From positions 6,046 to 70,045 of the forward strand of contig JAFRYG010000024.1 in NCBI GenBank assembly GCA_017441205.1: a DNA stretch of 64,000 nt, read 5' to 3'. Shown one piece after another: positions 1 to 9,706 of the stretch. A model generated the notes under the pieces. The model was not told where the DNA came from. It worked only from the letters and a program-made list of their open reading frames with translations, and ran no database searches. Positions within the stretch are counted from its first letter, which is position 1. The number at the start of each line of letters is the position of its first letter. This DNA comes from Pseudomonadota bacterium. Lineage in GTDB: Bacteria > Myxococcota_A > Bradymonadia > UBA4248. A program made the translations under genes and the position numbers.

Positions 1-23
1 CAGACATCGGCGTAGACCCGTCC

Positions 24-335
24 ATGTTTAAACATTTATGTATTACCCTTTCGAACCAAATTGTTCATTACGAAGAAGCGCACGGTATAATCGATATTGC
101 AGGAACACCTTCGGCAAAGACCCCATTGAGCCCATCCTACGATCGAAAGGACCTCATCTCCTACCAATTTGATTTTACAAGTGGTGAGTTTATATTTACT
201 CTGAAGATTAAATCTTTTATGTCATCCGAAGACTATGTTTTAAAAATCGATCCAGCCATAGCAAAATGGTTTGTAGTCGAGTGTGTCAACGCAATCGTTC
301 AGTACGAAGAGTCCTATGGCACCATAGCACTTTAA
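24..335 (+). CDS. Small hypothetical protein with an internal duplication (NQIVHYEEAHGIIDI / NAIVQYEESYGTIAL).
   Basis: Intact 103-aa ORF. The two halves share a repeated motif. No recognisable family. Confidence 0.3.
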   Translation: MFKHLCITLSNQIVHYEEAHGIIDIAGTPSAKTPLSPSYDRKDLISYQFDFTSGEFIFTLKIKSFMSSEDYVLKIDPAIAKWFVVECVNAIVQYEESYGTIAL

Positions 336-374
336 TATGTATTAATGATTTAATCAGACCGCACAAATAAATAC

Positions 375-1271
375 ATGCAAAACCAATTTTCACGCACGCA
401 ATTATTAGTTGGCAAACCGGCCATCGAAACGCTGATGGGATCGCGCGTTGCCGTATTTGGCATCGGCGGCGTAGGCGGCTACGTCGTCGAAGTCCTCGCT
501 CGAAGCGGCATTGGTGCACTCGATATCATCGATGATGATAAAATCTGCATGACCAATATCAATCGCCAGATCTATGCGCTCCTCTCTACCGTTGGTCAAT
601 ACAAAGTCGATGTTGCCGAAAAGCGCATTCTCGATATCAATCCGAAGTGCATCGTTCGAAAATATCAGACTTTTTATCTCCCAGAGACTGCATCGCAATT
701 TGATTTTGCTCAATACGACTACGTCGTCGACTGCATCGATACCGTCACGGCCAAACTCGATATTATTAAAAGATGCCATGAGCTCAATATTCCCATTATG
801 AGCAGCATGGGCGCAGCCAATAAGCTCGATCCGACGGCCTTCAAAGTCGCTGACATTTATAAAACGCGCATGGATCCGCTGGCTCGCGTCATGCGCCGTG
901 AACTCAAGAAACTGGGCATTCCCAAACTGAAATGCGTCTATAGCGAGGAAGAAGCTATCCAGCCTATCGAAGATGATACTCTTGCCGAACCTCTCCCAGA
1001 AGGGAGCAAACGACGTGTTATTCCGGCGAGTAATGCGTTTGTGCCGCCCGCAGCCGGACTGATTATCGGCGGCGAGGTGATTAAAGACCTCATTCATAAA
1101 CATCAAACCATGCGCATTGAACCTAAGGATGCAGCAACGAATGCGAATGCTGTCCATGCGCATGAACGTGCGCAGCGCATGCTCGATCTGTATAAGGCGC
1201 AGGCAAAAAATATAAAGGATAGTCAGCCAGAAACCATATTGCTCAAAGATATGATTCGCAAGCCAGATTAA
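375..1271 (+). CDS. tcdA: tRNA threonylcarbamoyladenosine dehydratase (ThiF/MoeB E1-like, TcdA/CsdL).
   Basis: GIGGVGG Rossmann motif. The stretch 'VAVFGIGGVGGYVVEVLARSGIGALDIIDDDKICMTNINRQIYAL...INP.C...VDCIDTV..K' aligns closely to E. coli TcdA as I recall it. Confidence 0.85.
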   Translation: MQNQFSRTQLLVGKPAIETLMGSRVAVFGIGGVGGYVVEVLARSGIGALDIIDDDKICMTNINRQIYALLSTVGQYKVDVAEKRILDINPKCIVRKYQTFYLPETASQFDFAQYDYVVDCIDTVTAKLDIIKRCHELNIPIMSSMGAANKLDPTAFKVADIYKTRMDPLARVMRRELKKLGIPKLKCVYSEEEAIQPIEDDTLAEPLPEGSKRRVIPASNAFVPPAAGLIIGGEVIKDLIHKHQTMRIEPKDAATNANAVHAHERAQRMLDLYKAQAKNIKDSQPETILLKDMIRKPD

Positions 1272-1608
1272 AATGGTTGTAATTATGGGACGCGGCTGTC
1301 TGCGATACGCCGCGTCAGCGACGTGTCAGGTCACGTCGCAGCTCGCCTATAGCCGTGTTATAAACGCGGCTATACTCCTGCCATGTAAAACAAGTTATGC
1401 ATTTATTCAATTTAATCATTATGTTACAATTTTTGTCAATCAAACCGCATTTTTCTGACGATTCTGGCATGAAAATATTTCATCAATCAAATCAGAGTTC
1501 TGTGTTTTTTAGCCAAAGTGCGGGTTGACTTAATTATTTGCATTCGGTAACCAATGATTTGGTTGTGCTAAAATATTGCTTTTTTTATTTTCTTTTTTAA
1601 GTGGAGGT

Positions 1609-1719
1609 ATGAAGATGAGAGTGCATTCGTTATTTTGGAAAATGAGTTTTATCTGTCTGATATTGGGGACAATCCAGGGATGCGATTCTGAGGAACTTAA
1701 TTTGAACCAACAGACTTAG
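1609..1719 (+). CDS. 36-aa unlisted ORF after a GGAGG Shine-Dalgarno. It encodes a lipoprotein-signal-like peptide (MKMRVHSLFWKMSFICLILGTIQGC...) that resembles the N-terminus of the downstream serpin.
   Basis: RBS ggagg lies 2 nt upstream of the ATG. The lipobox-like ILGTIQGC is followed by DSEELNLNQQT, comparable to serpin residues GCSDNKTDANGLNQQ. It may be a duplicated 5' fragment or a leader peptide. Confidence 0.25.
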   Translation: MKMRVHSLFWKMSFICLILGTIQGCDSEELNLNQQT

Positions 1720-1810
1720 AAACCACATCGGAAGCAATCATTAACCAAGCATTGGACCAGGCTGGGAATATGGCATTTGCAGAATATTATTATTAATCAT
1801 AGGCTATTTT

Positions 1811-3082
1811 ATGAATCAACATACGCGAACAATCCTATTATTCATTCTATGCATCATATTTCTGAGTGGCTGCTCAGATAATAAAACCGACGCCAATGGC
1901 CTGAATCAACAAGCCATGGTACATGTAGATCTCAATCCGCTGCCAGTTCCAAATGTTACCTCAGCTGAGGTACAGCCTGACCTCGGTTCACAGTTTAACG
2001 CACTCGCTTTCGAACTCGGTAAGCGAATGGAAACAGAACGCAACTTTGTCTACTCCCCATTTTCATTGCACAACCTGTTGACTGCATTGTCACTGGGGGC
2101 CAATGCAGACACCCAAAAACAACTGATGTCGACGCTTAAACTCCCTGAAACAGATACGCAATATCGCGCCTACAGTACCTGGCTGACTCATATTCTGGCA
2201 GATGGTTCCGGCGAGGATACTCAATTCCATCATGCATCGGCGATTTGGACTGATGCAAAGTTCAACTTAAATGAATCATTTGTTACAGCTCTCAAAGAGC
2301 AATTTCATACACAAAATCAGGTCGTCGACTTTGTTCATTATGCAGCGGATGTCGTCGATATCATTAACGAATGGTCAAACCTGAATACAAATGAAATGAT
2401 CAATAACATTGTTTCACAGAATGATATATCCCAAAACACATCCATGTTGCTTACCTGTGCAGACTCTTTTAATGGCAGATGGGCCACTCATTTCTATCCA
2501 GTCCAAATGACATTTTATAAACCAGGCAGTATAATACAATCGCTTGATGCGATTCACTATGTTCCCAGGACTGGCTATTATTACTCAAATGATTTACATT
2601 ACAGCGTAGCACAACTTTCTTTTCTTAACAACAAGTTTTCAATGCTATTCATTTTACCTCATGAAGTTGGCGGTCTGAACACACTCATATCAAAATTCAC
2701 CACACAGGAATTTGAAAAATTGATTGAAGGACTTGAGTTACAAAATATTAACATTACTATCCCTAAATTTAAAATTGATTACAAAGTCGCACATATTAAA
2801 AATCTATTTAATCAAATTGGATTATCCAACACCTTCAGTACCAGCTCCGATTATTCTTCCTTATCGGATAATTCGGTAATCATTGACCCTATTCTCACCA
2901 AAGCATCCATTGAAATTGGTCGGGAAGGAACCTTCTCCTCAGTTCCCATCGACATATGGCAAATTGAAGAAGGGGAACCCAGCAATCAAGTATCTTTTCT
3001 AGCAGATCATCCCTTTGCCTTTGCCATTATTCATAATCCAACCAAATCCATCCTGTTTTATGGACATTATTATGGTGAGTAG
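1811..3082 (+). CDS. Serpin-family lipoprotein (serpin 1) with a non-canonical hinge.
   Basis: Lipoprotein signal (LSGCS). Serpin N-terminal core 'FAFELGKRM...VYSPFSLHNLLTALSLGANADTQKQL' and the C-terminal serpin signature 'FLADHPFAFAIIHNPTKSILFYGHYY'. The hinge EIGREGTFSS has Arg at predicted P14. Confidence 0.8.
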   Translation: MNQHTRTILLFILCIIFLSGCSDNKTDANGLNQQAMVHVDLNPLPVPNVTSAEVQPDLGSQFNALAFELGKRMETERNFVYSPFSLHNLLTALSLGANADTQKQLMSTLKLPETDTQYRAYSTWLTHILADGSGEDTQFHHASAIWTDAKFNLNESFVTALKEQFHTQNQVVDFVHYAADVVDIINEWSNLNTNEMINNIVSQNDISQNTSMLLTCADSFNGRWATHFYPVQMTFYKPGSIIQSLDAIHYVPRTGYYYSNDLHYSVAQLSFLNNKFSMLFILPHEVGGLNTLISKFTTQEFEKLIEGLELQNINITIPKFKIDYKVAHIKNLFNQIGLSNTFSTSSDYSSLSDNSVIIDPILTKASIEIGREGTFSSVPIDIWQIEEGEPSNQVSFLADHPFAFAIIHNPTKSILFYGHYYGE

Positions 3083-3100
3083 AGGGAAGCTGCGATAATA

Positions 3101-3130
3101 GTCTTTGCCGCCGAATCCGGCGGCAAAACA
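3101..3130. terminator. Putative bidirectional hairpin terminator between the convergent serpin and transglutaminase-like genes.
   Basis: Inverted repeat TTTGCCGCCGAATCCGGCGGCAAA immediately after the serpin stop. Confidence 0.45.
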
Positions 3131-3144
3131 ATCCATTCCAGCTA

Positions 3145-4422
3145 TCACCGAATGAACTGACCATGCTGGATATAAATATATACATCGTTCGCGACATCGG
3201 AATACGCTGTGTACTCCTTGCGGTAGGAATAGCCCTTGAATTTGGTGGATAAAATATAATTGATATATCGCTCTTCGGCAGCTTCCTTGCTGATATTGTT
3301 AATCAGATTGAGCAATGTCTCGCCGACCACGAATGCATAAACATGAAGCGTCTCGCCCTTGAGCGCTTTCATCTCGCGCTTCATCAGCTGATTGAAATCC
3401 TCCATGCTGCGGACGACATTCGATCGCGTTACCGGCAAAATTACCCCCATCGCATCCAAAAATATATCGAGTCCAATCACCTCCATCGACGAATCCGTCG
3501 CATTGCATTCCGGCAGGCGCACGACATCCGTGCTGTAGCTGCTGGTGCGCCGGTAATTCATGGCTTCGAATTCAGCATCCGTGCGATTGAAGTATTTATA
3601 AATGGGAATCTGGATGGTTTTGTTCGACGCATTCCTGACGTCAAGCTTGTCGTTGGTCACATCGACATTATAATATTGACCGCGAATATTGATGATATTC
3701 CACGCATGCTCAGTCACCAGCTTTCCGGTCACGACCATCGTCGGAATACCAAGCCGGTTCATTAAAAACTGAAATGCTTTTGCATACCCCGTGCAAACGG
3801 CTTCGTGATTGACGATCGCACTGAATGCAGACTGCCGGGAATCGGCTTTCAGATTGTAATTCACTTTTGAAGCAATCTGGTTGTGTACATAGAGTTCTTT
3901 TTCTTCGACGGAATTCAGGGTTCTGGCAACCGAAAGAATCTTTTCGGCTTCGGCCTCGAACTGTGCGATCTTTTCATCCAGATTCCAGGCCAGTGACGTA
4001 TAATCGAAAGTCATCACAGCCTTATATGTACCATTGCCGTAGTCGGTAATGGTGCATTCGAATCCATCCGTAATCCAGAACAACTCAGGATGATCGTAAT
4101 AAACCCCATTAAAAATGCGCCGATAGACATTATCCTGGTAATTGCCTGTCAATTCGACCGATTTTTTTACCGCCAGGATGGCTTCATAAATGATTTTGTA
4201 CAGCTTCTTCTCTTCGGCATTGAGGCGATGATAGTAAGCCCAGAACTGTTCGTTCTGGCTGCTCGCTGACTGCATGTTCCGCGACTGATAATTCTGCATG
4301 ACCGATTTGCTCGGTGCGTGAGCACAGCCCGATGCGGCGATCATCCATCCGAATGACAGGCATAGAATAAGATAGGGTATTATTTTTTTCATATTATTTC
4401 GAGTCTCTCTCTTCGCCACCAT
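3145..4422 (-). CDS. Secreted transglutaminase-like domain protein (papain-like Cys-His-Asp fold).
   Basis: N-terminal signal/TM. Core motif 'HEAVCTGYAKAFQFLMNRLGIPTMVVTG...HAWNIINIRGQYYNVDVTND' matches the transglutaminase-like C..H..D arrangement. Confidence 0.7.
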   Translation of the reverse strand: MVAKRETRNNMKKIIPYLILCLSFGWMIAASGCAHAPSKSVMQNYQSRNMQSASSQNEQFWAYYHRLNAEEKKLYKIIYEAILAVKKSVELTGNYQDNVYRRIFNGVYYDHPELFWITDGFECTITDYGNGTYKAVMTFDYTSLAWNLDEKIAQFEAEAEKILSVARTLNSVEEKELYVHNQIASKVNYNLKADSRQSAFSAIVNHEAVCTGYAKAFQFLMNRLGIPTMVVTGKLVTEHAWNIINIRGQYYNVDVTNDKLDVRNASNKTIQIPIYKYFNRTDAEFEAMNYRRTSSYSTDVVRLPECNATDSSMEVIGLDIFLDAMGVILPVTRSNVVRSMEDFNQLMKREMKALKGETLHVYAFVVGETLLNLINNISKEAAEERYINYILSTKFKGYSYRKEYTAYSDVANDVYIYIQHGQFIR

Positions 4423-4510
4423 TCAACCTCACCTATCTCTCCATGGCCGTTGCCATCAATTATTATGTTTCGTCCATCCTTTTTTGCCCCATCCCCCTAA
4501 ATTCTCCTTC

Positions 4511-4783
4511 CCCCGTTGGGGCTGAGGAAAGAACATTTTGGAATACTTGAAACAATAAAGCCCGTAGGGCTTTTCGTTCAATAGCCCCTGGTTAAGGGCA
4601 TCGTCCTTACCAGGGGATCCGGATGATTACATAATGACATAACCCCGTAGGGGTTGTCGATAATACAACAAACGGATATGAATCATGGGTAACCCCTATG
4701 GGGTTGACAATGGAAATGCATCATTATTCCCCGGTAGCCGCTACGCGCCAACCGGGGGCTACTAAACGGTAAGTCCTACGGAC
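4511..4783. repeat. Array of at least six REP-like GC-rich palindromic units (CCCCGTTGGGG, GCCCGTAGGGC, CCCCTGGTAAGG..CCTTACCAGGGG, CCCCGTAGGGG, CCCCTATGGGG, GTCCTACGGAC).
   Basis: The palindromes can be read directly in the intergenic spacer between two minus-strand genes. Confidence 0.7.
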
Positions 4784-4923
4784 TTCTTCGCATTACCTCA
4801 TTTAATAGTTTTTTTCCCTTCCTCACCCATTGGAAAGTGGGAATTTGATTGGTGAGATACCGTTTTCCTGGAGTTTTACCCCAGACTGTACTCTTTTCGC
4901 CCTTACAGGGCTCATTCATAACA

Positions 4924-6228
4924 TTATTCGACAGGTACATACTCAAAGTCACGGATGACGGCCATGTGCTGCATCTTATGTGCCTCGGAATCATCCGCTT
5001 TCATCGGGGCAATATCGGCAAGTTCTCCGTGTTTTTTATAAACGCGTGAATCGACGACATGCCCTTTGGGATAAGATCTCTTCCCGACGACAGTCGGGGT
5101 TTCGAGGGCACAGAAATCCGGATTGCAAAGCAGATAATCGATCTGTTTATGCCGCGTTGCATTCGTCTTGACCATGCCGTCCTGATCGGCCGGCCAGTCC
5201 GCATATTTCTGTCCGACTTCGAACATTTGTCCGAAATGTCTGCGGATGGGTTCCCAGTCGGGCTGATTGAAATCGCCGCCGAGAATGACGTAATAATCTT
5301 TTTTATCCGCAGCGATTTTCTTTTCGATTTGTTTTTGCAGCGGCTCCATTTCGGCTTCGCTGTCCTGTGTGTACAGATGTACGCTCACGGCGAGCAGGTC
5401 GCGTTTGCCGGGAATATCGATGACGGCCCAGTTCCACTGGCGATCGGAGACTTTGTTGGACTTCCAGGAACCATGTTCGAGAATGGGATATTTCGATATT
5501 ATGCCGTTGGGAATACCGCCAGTACCGCGTACAAAAGTATATTCTTTCCCGAAGGTACTCGTTACAAAACTTTTGATACTATTCTTAAAGTAGTTGAATT
5601 CCTGAATCAGGACGATATCGGGTTTCATGGCTTTGAAGATGCGGATGCCTTCGCCATTGTCGTAGGATTGATCTTCGCCGGTCGTCGTATTTGCCGTCAT
5701 GATGCGCAGTTTGACTTTTTTGGAAGCCGGCGTGCCGTTGGCAGCCATATTGGCGACGAGTTCATTGATCGACGCGGGTTTGGTATCGGGAGCTTCGTCA
5801 TCCAGGCATTCGAACGTCAATTTTTGTGACGGAACGGATTTATATTTGGCATCTTTTGTATATTTGACGGCGATTTCGACCTGAAAGCTGCGATCGCCGT
5901 CGGGGACGTTGTCATCGACACCGGTCACCGTCACGACTTGAGGAACGTTCCAGTTTTCGCGCAAAAACGTGATTTCCTGGATATCGATCTTTCCTTCGGT
6001 CACATCGTTGGACGTCAGACTGAGAATGACTTTGGATTCGGGAGGCGCAGCCAGCGACACCGAGAATTTCTGGGCATCACCGAGCTCGGTCACCATGTAT
6101 TCGGCAGGCGGCGTAAATACGATTGCCGGCGAAGTTTTGGGAGGTTCGGCCTGAGCCTGATTGAAGCTCATGCCGGAAAGGAGAATGCCGAAGCCAAAGG
6201 CGAGTATTTTTATGGTGCGTTTCATCAT
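4924..6228 (-). CDS. Secreted endonuclease/exonuclease/phosphatase (EEP) family protein with an N-terminal beta-rich domain.
   Basis: Signal peptide MMKRTIKILAFGFGILLSG. EEP motifs 'KPDIVLIQEF' and 'ILGGDFN'. The listed ORF extends upstream to 6468 only by reading through the REP region, so the start was re-set to MMKRT. Confidence 0.7.
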   Translation of the reverse strand: MMKRTIKILAFGFGILLSGMSFNQAQAEPPKTSPAIVFTPPAEYMVTELGDAQKFSVSLAAPPESKVILSLTSNDVTEGKIDIQEITFLRENWNVPQVVTVTGVDDNVPDGDRSFQVEIAVKYTKDAKYKSVPSQKLTFECLDDEAPDTKPASINELVANMAANGTPASKKVKLRIMTANTTTGEDQSYDNGEGIRIFKAMKPDIVLIQEFNYFKNSIKSFVTSTFGKEYTFVRGTGGIPNGIISKYPILEHGSWKSNKVSDRQWNWAVIDIPGKRDLLAVSVHLYTQDSEAEMEPLQKQIEKKIAADKKDYYVILGGDFNQPDWEPIRRHFGQMFEVGQKYADWPADQDGMVKTNATRHKQIDYLLCNPDFCALETPTVVGKRSYPKGHVVDSRVYKKHGELADIAPMKADDSEAHKMQHMAVIRDFEYVPVE

Positions 6229-6257
6229 GAGTGGTGGGGGGGTAGAGGTTAGAGTCA

Positions 6258-6440
6258 GAGACGTTCCATGGAACGTCTGTATATAATCAGATCGCCCGCA
6301 GTGCGAATCATCAGCGCCCTGCAGGGGCGCCGGCACACAGTGTAATCCGGGGGAAAGCCAACATATATGGGCACGTATGCCGCAGGCATAGTGCCCATGT
6401 GCGGCCGTATGGAATAGGCCGCACGGTTTGTGCGCAGCGA
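6258..6440. repeat. Composite palindromic element: a GACGTTCCATGGAACGTC hairpin followed by GC-rich CGTATG-core palindromes (GGGCACGTATGCCGCAGGCATAGTGCCC; GCGGCCGTATGGAATAGGCCGCA).
   Basis: Direct reading. The same ACGTTCCATGGAACGT palindrome recurs at 36.8 kb. Confidence 0.65.
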
Positions 6441-6529
6441 CGCTGCGGCGGCGCAAGCCAAACCACAAATTACCCTAAAAAAAGGCGAAAAAAAAGAGCT
6501 CCGAAGAGCTCTTCTTTATAATGAATGCC

Positions 6530-8029
6530 TCAGGCAACCTGATCGATGGGTTTCTTTTTGGAAAAGAATCCGGAACGACCGAGGAAGGTTCCGAGCCCGA
6601 CATATAAATAACCTGAGCAGAACAGGCACATGAAAGGCACGGAGGCGTATGCGCCCATCATATAAGCATGGATGATGCCGACGACGAAATAAATGCCGAT
6701 CAGCGTTTCGACCCAGGGCTGCCAGTTGAGTTTGAAGCCGTATTTGACGTTTTTCCAATTGTCGCTGGCCCGAACAACGCCGTATTTGGGCGTGCGGACG
6801 AATCCGGTTTTGTAATTGAAGAGGGCCTCGAGGACGGCGCGGCAGTTGTTGACACTCAGACCGATGCCGAGGCTCATGACGACGGGCAGATACAGCAAGC
6901 GGCATCCCAGGGACTGTTTTCGGGCTTCTTTTTGGGCGAGCAAATAGAACATCATGACGGAGAAAGACGCGCAGATGAACATGAGCAAATCGACCCAAAG
7001 GCTAGTCATCCAGGAGTTGCGAACGCGGAACTCGACTGTCAGCGGCATCATGAGTGAGAGGATGACCATGAGAATATAGGAAACATTGCTCGTGAGGTGC
7101 ATCCAGGCTTCGAGTTTAATTTTGAACGGCAGGCGGCTTTTGAGGAGTCCGGGGAGGACTTTTTTGGCGACCTGTATGGAACCTTTTGCCCAACGGTGCT
7201 GCTGGGATTTGAAGGCGATCATTTCGACCGGAACTTCGGCAGGGGCAGTGGCTTCGTTCAGATAGATGAACTGCCATCCTTTGGACTGAGCGCGATAGGA
7301 GAGGTCGAGATCTTCTGTAATGGTATCGTGCTGCCATCCGCCGGCGTCAGCTATCGTCGATTTTCGCCAGATTCCTGCGGTTCCGTTAAAGTTGAAGAAA
7401 CGTCCGGAGCGGTTGCGTGCCGTATGTTCGATGACGAAATGGCCGTCGAGCAGAATGGACTGTGCCCGGGTCAGCGTGCTGAATTCGCGGTTGATATGTT
7501 CCCAGCGCACCTGAACCATACCGATTTTTTCGTTGGTGAAGAAATGAATCGTTCGTTCGAGGAAGTCTGGCTGCGGAATGAAGTCAGCGTCGAAGACGGC
7601 GACGAACTCGCCTGTAGCGGTTTTGAGTCCCTGTTCGAGAGCGCCGGCCTTGTAGCCGCTGCGATCATCGCGATGCAGATAGACGATATTGTAGCCTTCG
7701 GCGGCCTTGCGTTCGACGGCTTCGCGGGCTATTTGCTGCGATTCGTCCGTGGAATCATCGAGCACCTGGATCTGAAGTTTTTCGCGGGGGTAACGAATGC
7801 CTGTTACCGCATCGATCAGGCGCTCAATGACATATTTTTCGTTGAACATCGGCAGCTGAATCGTCACATTCGGGAGTGATTCGAACTGCCGTTCGGGATG
7901 TGGAATGTCCTTTTTGTGAATTCTGTAAAGAGTAGCCATGACGAACCGATGGACGCCATAGATACTCAGAATACAGAGCAAGATGAAGTACAGAAGGACA
8001 AAAAAGAAATCAAACGAAAGCATGATCAA
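6530..8029 (-). CDS. Processive family-2 glycosyltransferase (CesA/Csl-like beta-glycan synthase), polytopic membrane protein.
   Basis: D, DxD and QxxRW motifs (QQHRWAKG). The stretch 'VTIQLPMFNEKYVI...VLDDSTDE...AVFDADF' is typical of processive GT2 synthases. There are N- and C-terminal TM helices and no PilZ domain. Confidence 0.75.
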   Translation of the reverse strand: MIMLSFDFFFVLLYFILLCILSIYGVHRFVMATLYRIHKKDIPHPERQFESLPNVTIQLPMFNEKYVIERLIDAVTGIRYPREKLQIQVLDDSTDESQQIAREAVERKAAEGYNIVYLHRDDRSGYKAGALEQGLKTATGEFVAVFDADFIPQPDFLERTIHFFTNEKIGMVQVRWEHINREFSTLTRAQSILLDGHFVIEHTARNRSGRFFNFNGTAGIWRKSTIADAGGWQHDTITEDLDLSYRAQSKGWQFIYLNEATAPAEVPVEMIAFKSQQHRWAKGSIQVAKKVLPGLLKSRLPFKIKLEAWMHLTSNVSYILMVILSLMMPLTVEFRVRNSWMTSLWVDLLMFICASFSVMMFYLLAQKEARKQSLGCRLLYLPVVMSLGIGLSVNNCRAVLEALFNYKTGFVRTPKYGVVRASDNWKNVKYGFKLNWQPWVETLIGIYFVVGIIHAYMMGAYASVPFMCLFCSGYLYVGLGTFLGRSGFFSKKKPIDQVA

Positions 8030-8038
8030 GCCAAACTC

Positions 8039-8959
8039 TTACTTGCGGATTGTGCTTGTATCAAAGACATTCGCTGCCGAACCGATGCCGTATTTATCGG
8101 TGGGTTTAGCAGGCCCGCCAGACGGACGCCGAGTGCCGCTTGGTTTTTTGACAGGAGCTTTCTGTTTGACCTCATTGAAAGCCACTTCAACTGTGGAAGA
8201 CGTCGGGATATCGGTTCTCATCGTCAGAGATTTCGTAGGATATTCGGTCATCAACACGTACTGCATGGCATGTTTGTGGACGGAGTGAGCCGTATAGGCG
8301 AGGACTGCGATAACGACAGCCGCGGCTGCAGCCAGAATAATCATTGCATTTCTGGTCAGTTTGATTTTCTGCTTTTTGCTTGCTTCGGCCTGTTCTTCGG
8401 CAGCTTTATTAGCCTTCATAATGCGGATCTGCTCGGCCAATTCTTCGTTTGAGGACTGGAGCATCGCTGCTTCGGCTTCTTCGCGGGCTTTTTCGGCAGC
8501 TTTGCGTGCAGCTTCAGCTTCAGCTTCGGCGCGTTTTCTGGCTTCTTCTTCCTCGTCGATTTCGCCGGCTTCTTCTCTTCGTTTTTTCTCGATTGCTGCG
8601 AGCATCATCGTTCGGCGCTCGCCTTTTTCTTCGAGTTTTCGCTTTTCTTCCTCAAGTTTTTTCCGGGCTTCCTCAAGTTTTCTGGCCTCTTCAGCTTCCT
8701 GTTCTGCACGGAGCCGTTCTTCAGCTTCGCGGGCTCTGCGTTCTTTTTCGGCCTTTTCGGCTTCGATTTCAGCATTGGATTCGTCGAGCAGTCCGGACAA
8801 CAGATTTCCGACGCAATCCCCCGTCTGGCGCGCATGTTCTGTTACACCAGCGCGAGCTTTGCGGACGCGGGCTACTTCCTCGATTTCTTCACCGCCATCA
8901 ATTTCGGAAACTTCAGATAATTTGCTTAATGCCTGATTCAGAAGGAGATCGTCACTCAT
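8039..8959 (-). CDS. Single-pass membrane protein with a long E/K/R/A-rich coiled coil (low complexity).
   Basis: A ~150-aa charged heptad-like tract (EEARKRAEAEAEAARK...) is followed by a TM helix (AMIILAAAAAVVIAVLAY) and an S/T/P-rich tail. Plus-strand ORFs over the same DNA are S/A/R-rich junk. Confidence 0.4.
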   Translation of the reverse strand: MSDDLLLNQALSKLSEVSEIDGGEEIEEVARVRKARAGVTEHARQTGDCVGNLLSGLLDESNAEIEAEKAEKERRAREAEERLRAEQEAEEARKLEEARKKLEEEKRKLEEKGERRTMMLAAIEKKRREEAGEIDEEEEARKRAEAEAEAARKAAEKAREEAEAAMLQSSNEELAEQIRIMKANKAAEEQAEASKKQKIKLTRNAMIILAAAAAVVIAVLAYTAHSVHKHAMQYVLMTEYPTKSLTMRTDIPTSSTVEVAFNEVKQKAPVKKPSGTRRPSGGPAKPTDKYGIGSAANVFDTSTIRK

Positions 8960-9164
8960 GAGTTTTTCTCCATTGTATTGTTTTGTTTAAAAAAATGTGC
9001 CGCAGTCATTTTACCATCACCACGACATTCTTGTCCGACTACTACAGCAAATCAGGAGATGTGGCAAGCCAAAGGGTTTGACATGTGCTCAATGTCGGTT
9101 AAAGTATGAATATCCAATAGTCTTAAGCTATTGGTTTAACTGTTACCATATTTGGTGAGTATTT

Positions 9165-9644
9165 ATGCTTAAATTCACGCAATTTTCTTCACATATCAAA
9201 GTATCGGAACGGCGCGTCTTATCTATCTGGAGCGGACATGCTGATCATCTGAATCTGAATTCTGCCCCGGATTTTTCCGGAACAGTTCTCGTCGCGGCCA
9301 TTTTTTCTCTCACCGCCAGAATGCAGTACTACGTTCTTTTTTATTCCGGGGATCAGAATGTCATTGAAAACTGGAGAGTCGAACCCAGTGACATTCCGAT
9401 TTCGATGATCGAGACTTACGAAACGGAACTCATCAATCTGCTCAAATCCATGAATATCCAAATGAACCGCATTACGCCGGAAAACCCGAATCATAGCCGG
9501 CTGCTGCGCCGCCTGCCGCTTGAATTCAGTTCAAGTGAGGATTCAGCTCAGGCTGACTTCGACATATTTAATGATAATGTGACACATTCTTCATTGGATG
9601 AAGCCGATCTGAACACGCTCAAAAAGTTCTGCATCCATTTTTAA
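9165..9644 (+). CDS. Hypothetical protein.
   Basis: Intact 159-aa ORF with no recognisable motif. Confidence 0.25.
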   Translation: MLKFTQFSSHIKVSERRVLSIWSGHADHLNLNSAPDFSGTVLVAAIFSLTARMQYYVLFYSGDQNVIENWRVEPSDIPISMIETYETELINLLKSMNIQMNRITPENPNHSRLLRRLPLEFSSSEDSAQADFDIFNDNVTHSSLDEADLNTLKKFCIHF

Positions 9645-9706
9645 CCAGAATATTTTTTAGCCAATAATATCGATATTCAAGCTTTTGCGGACATCCACAG
9701 ACCCAA

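Noticed and set aside
405-1163. 252-aa antisense ORF within tcdA. Similar long antisense ORFs occur at 5059..5829, 7097..7879, 15429..15992, 17541..18260, 23984..24706, 32414..33136, 33588..34700, 36871..37707, 39294..40019, 44991..46046, 47350..48144, 50933..51559, 53811..54539, 57395..57958 and 60931..61608.
   Set aside because: Each overlaps a sense-strand gene that has clear family motifs or signal peptides. The antisense translations are low-complexity and lack motifs.
8361-8961. Plus-strand ORFs (191 and 170 aa) over the coiled-coil gene.
   Set aside because: They are Ser/Ala/Arg/Leu-rich translations of low-complexity DNA. The minus-strand frame gives a coherent coiled-coil protein with a TM helix and a proper stop.
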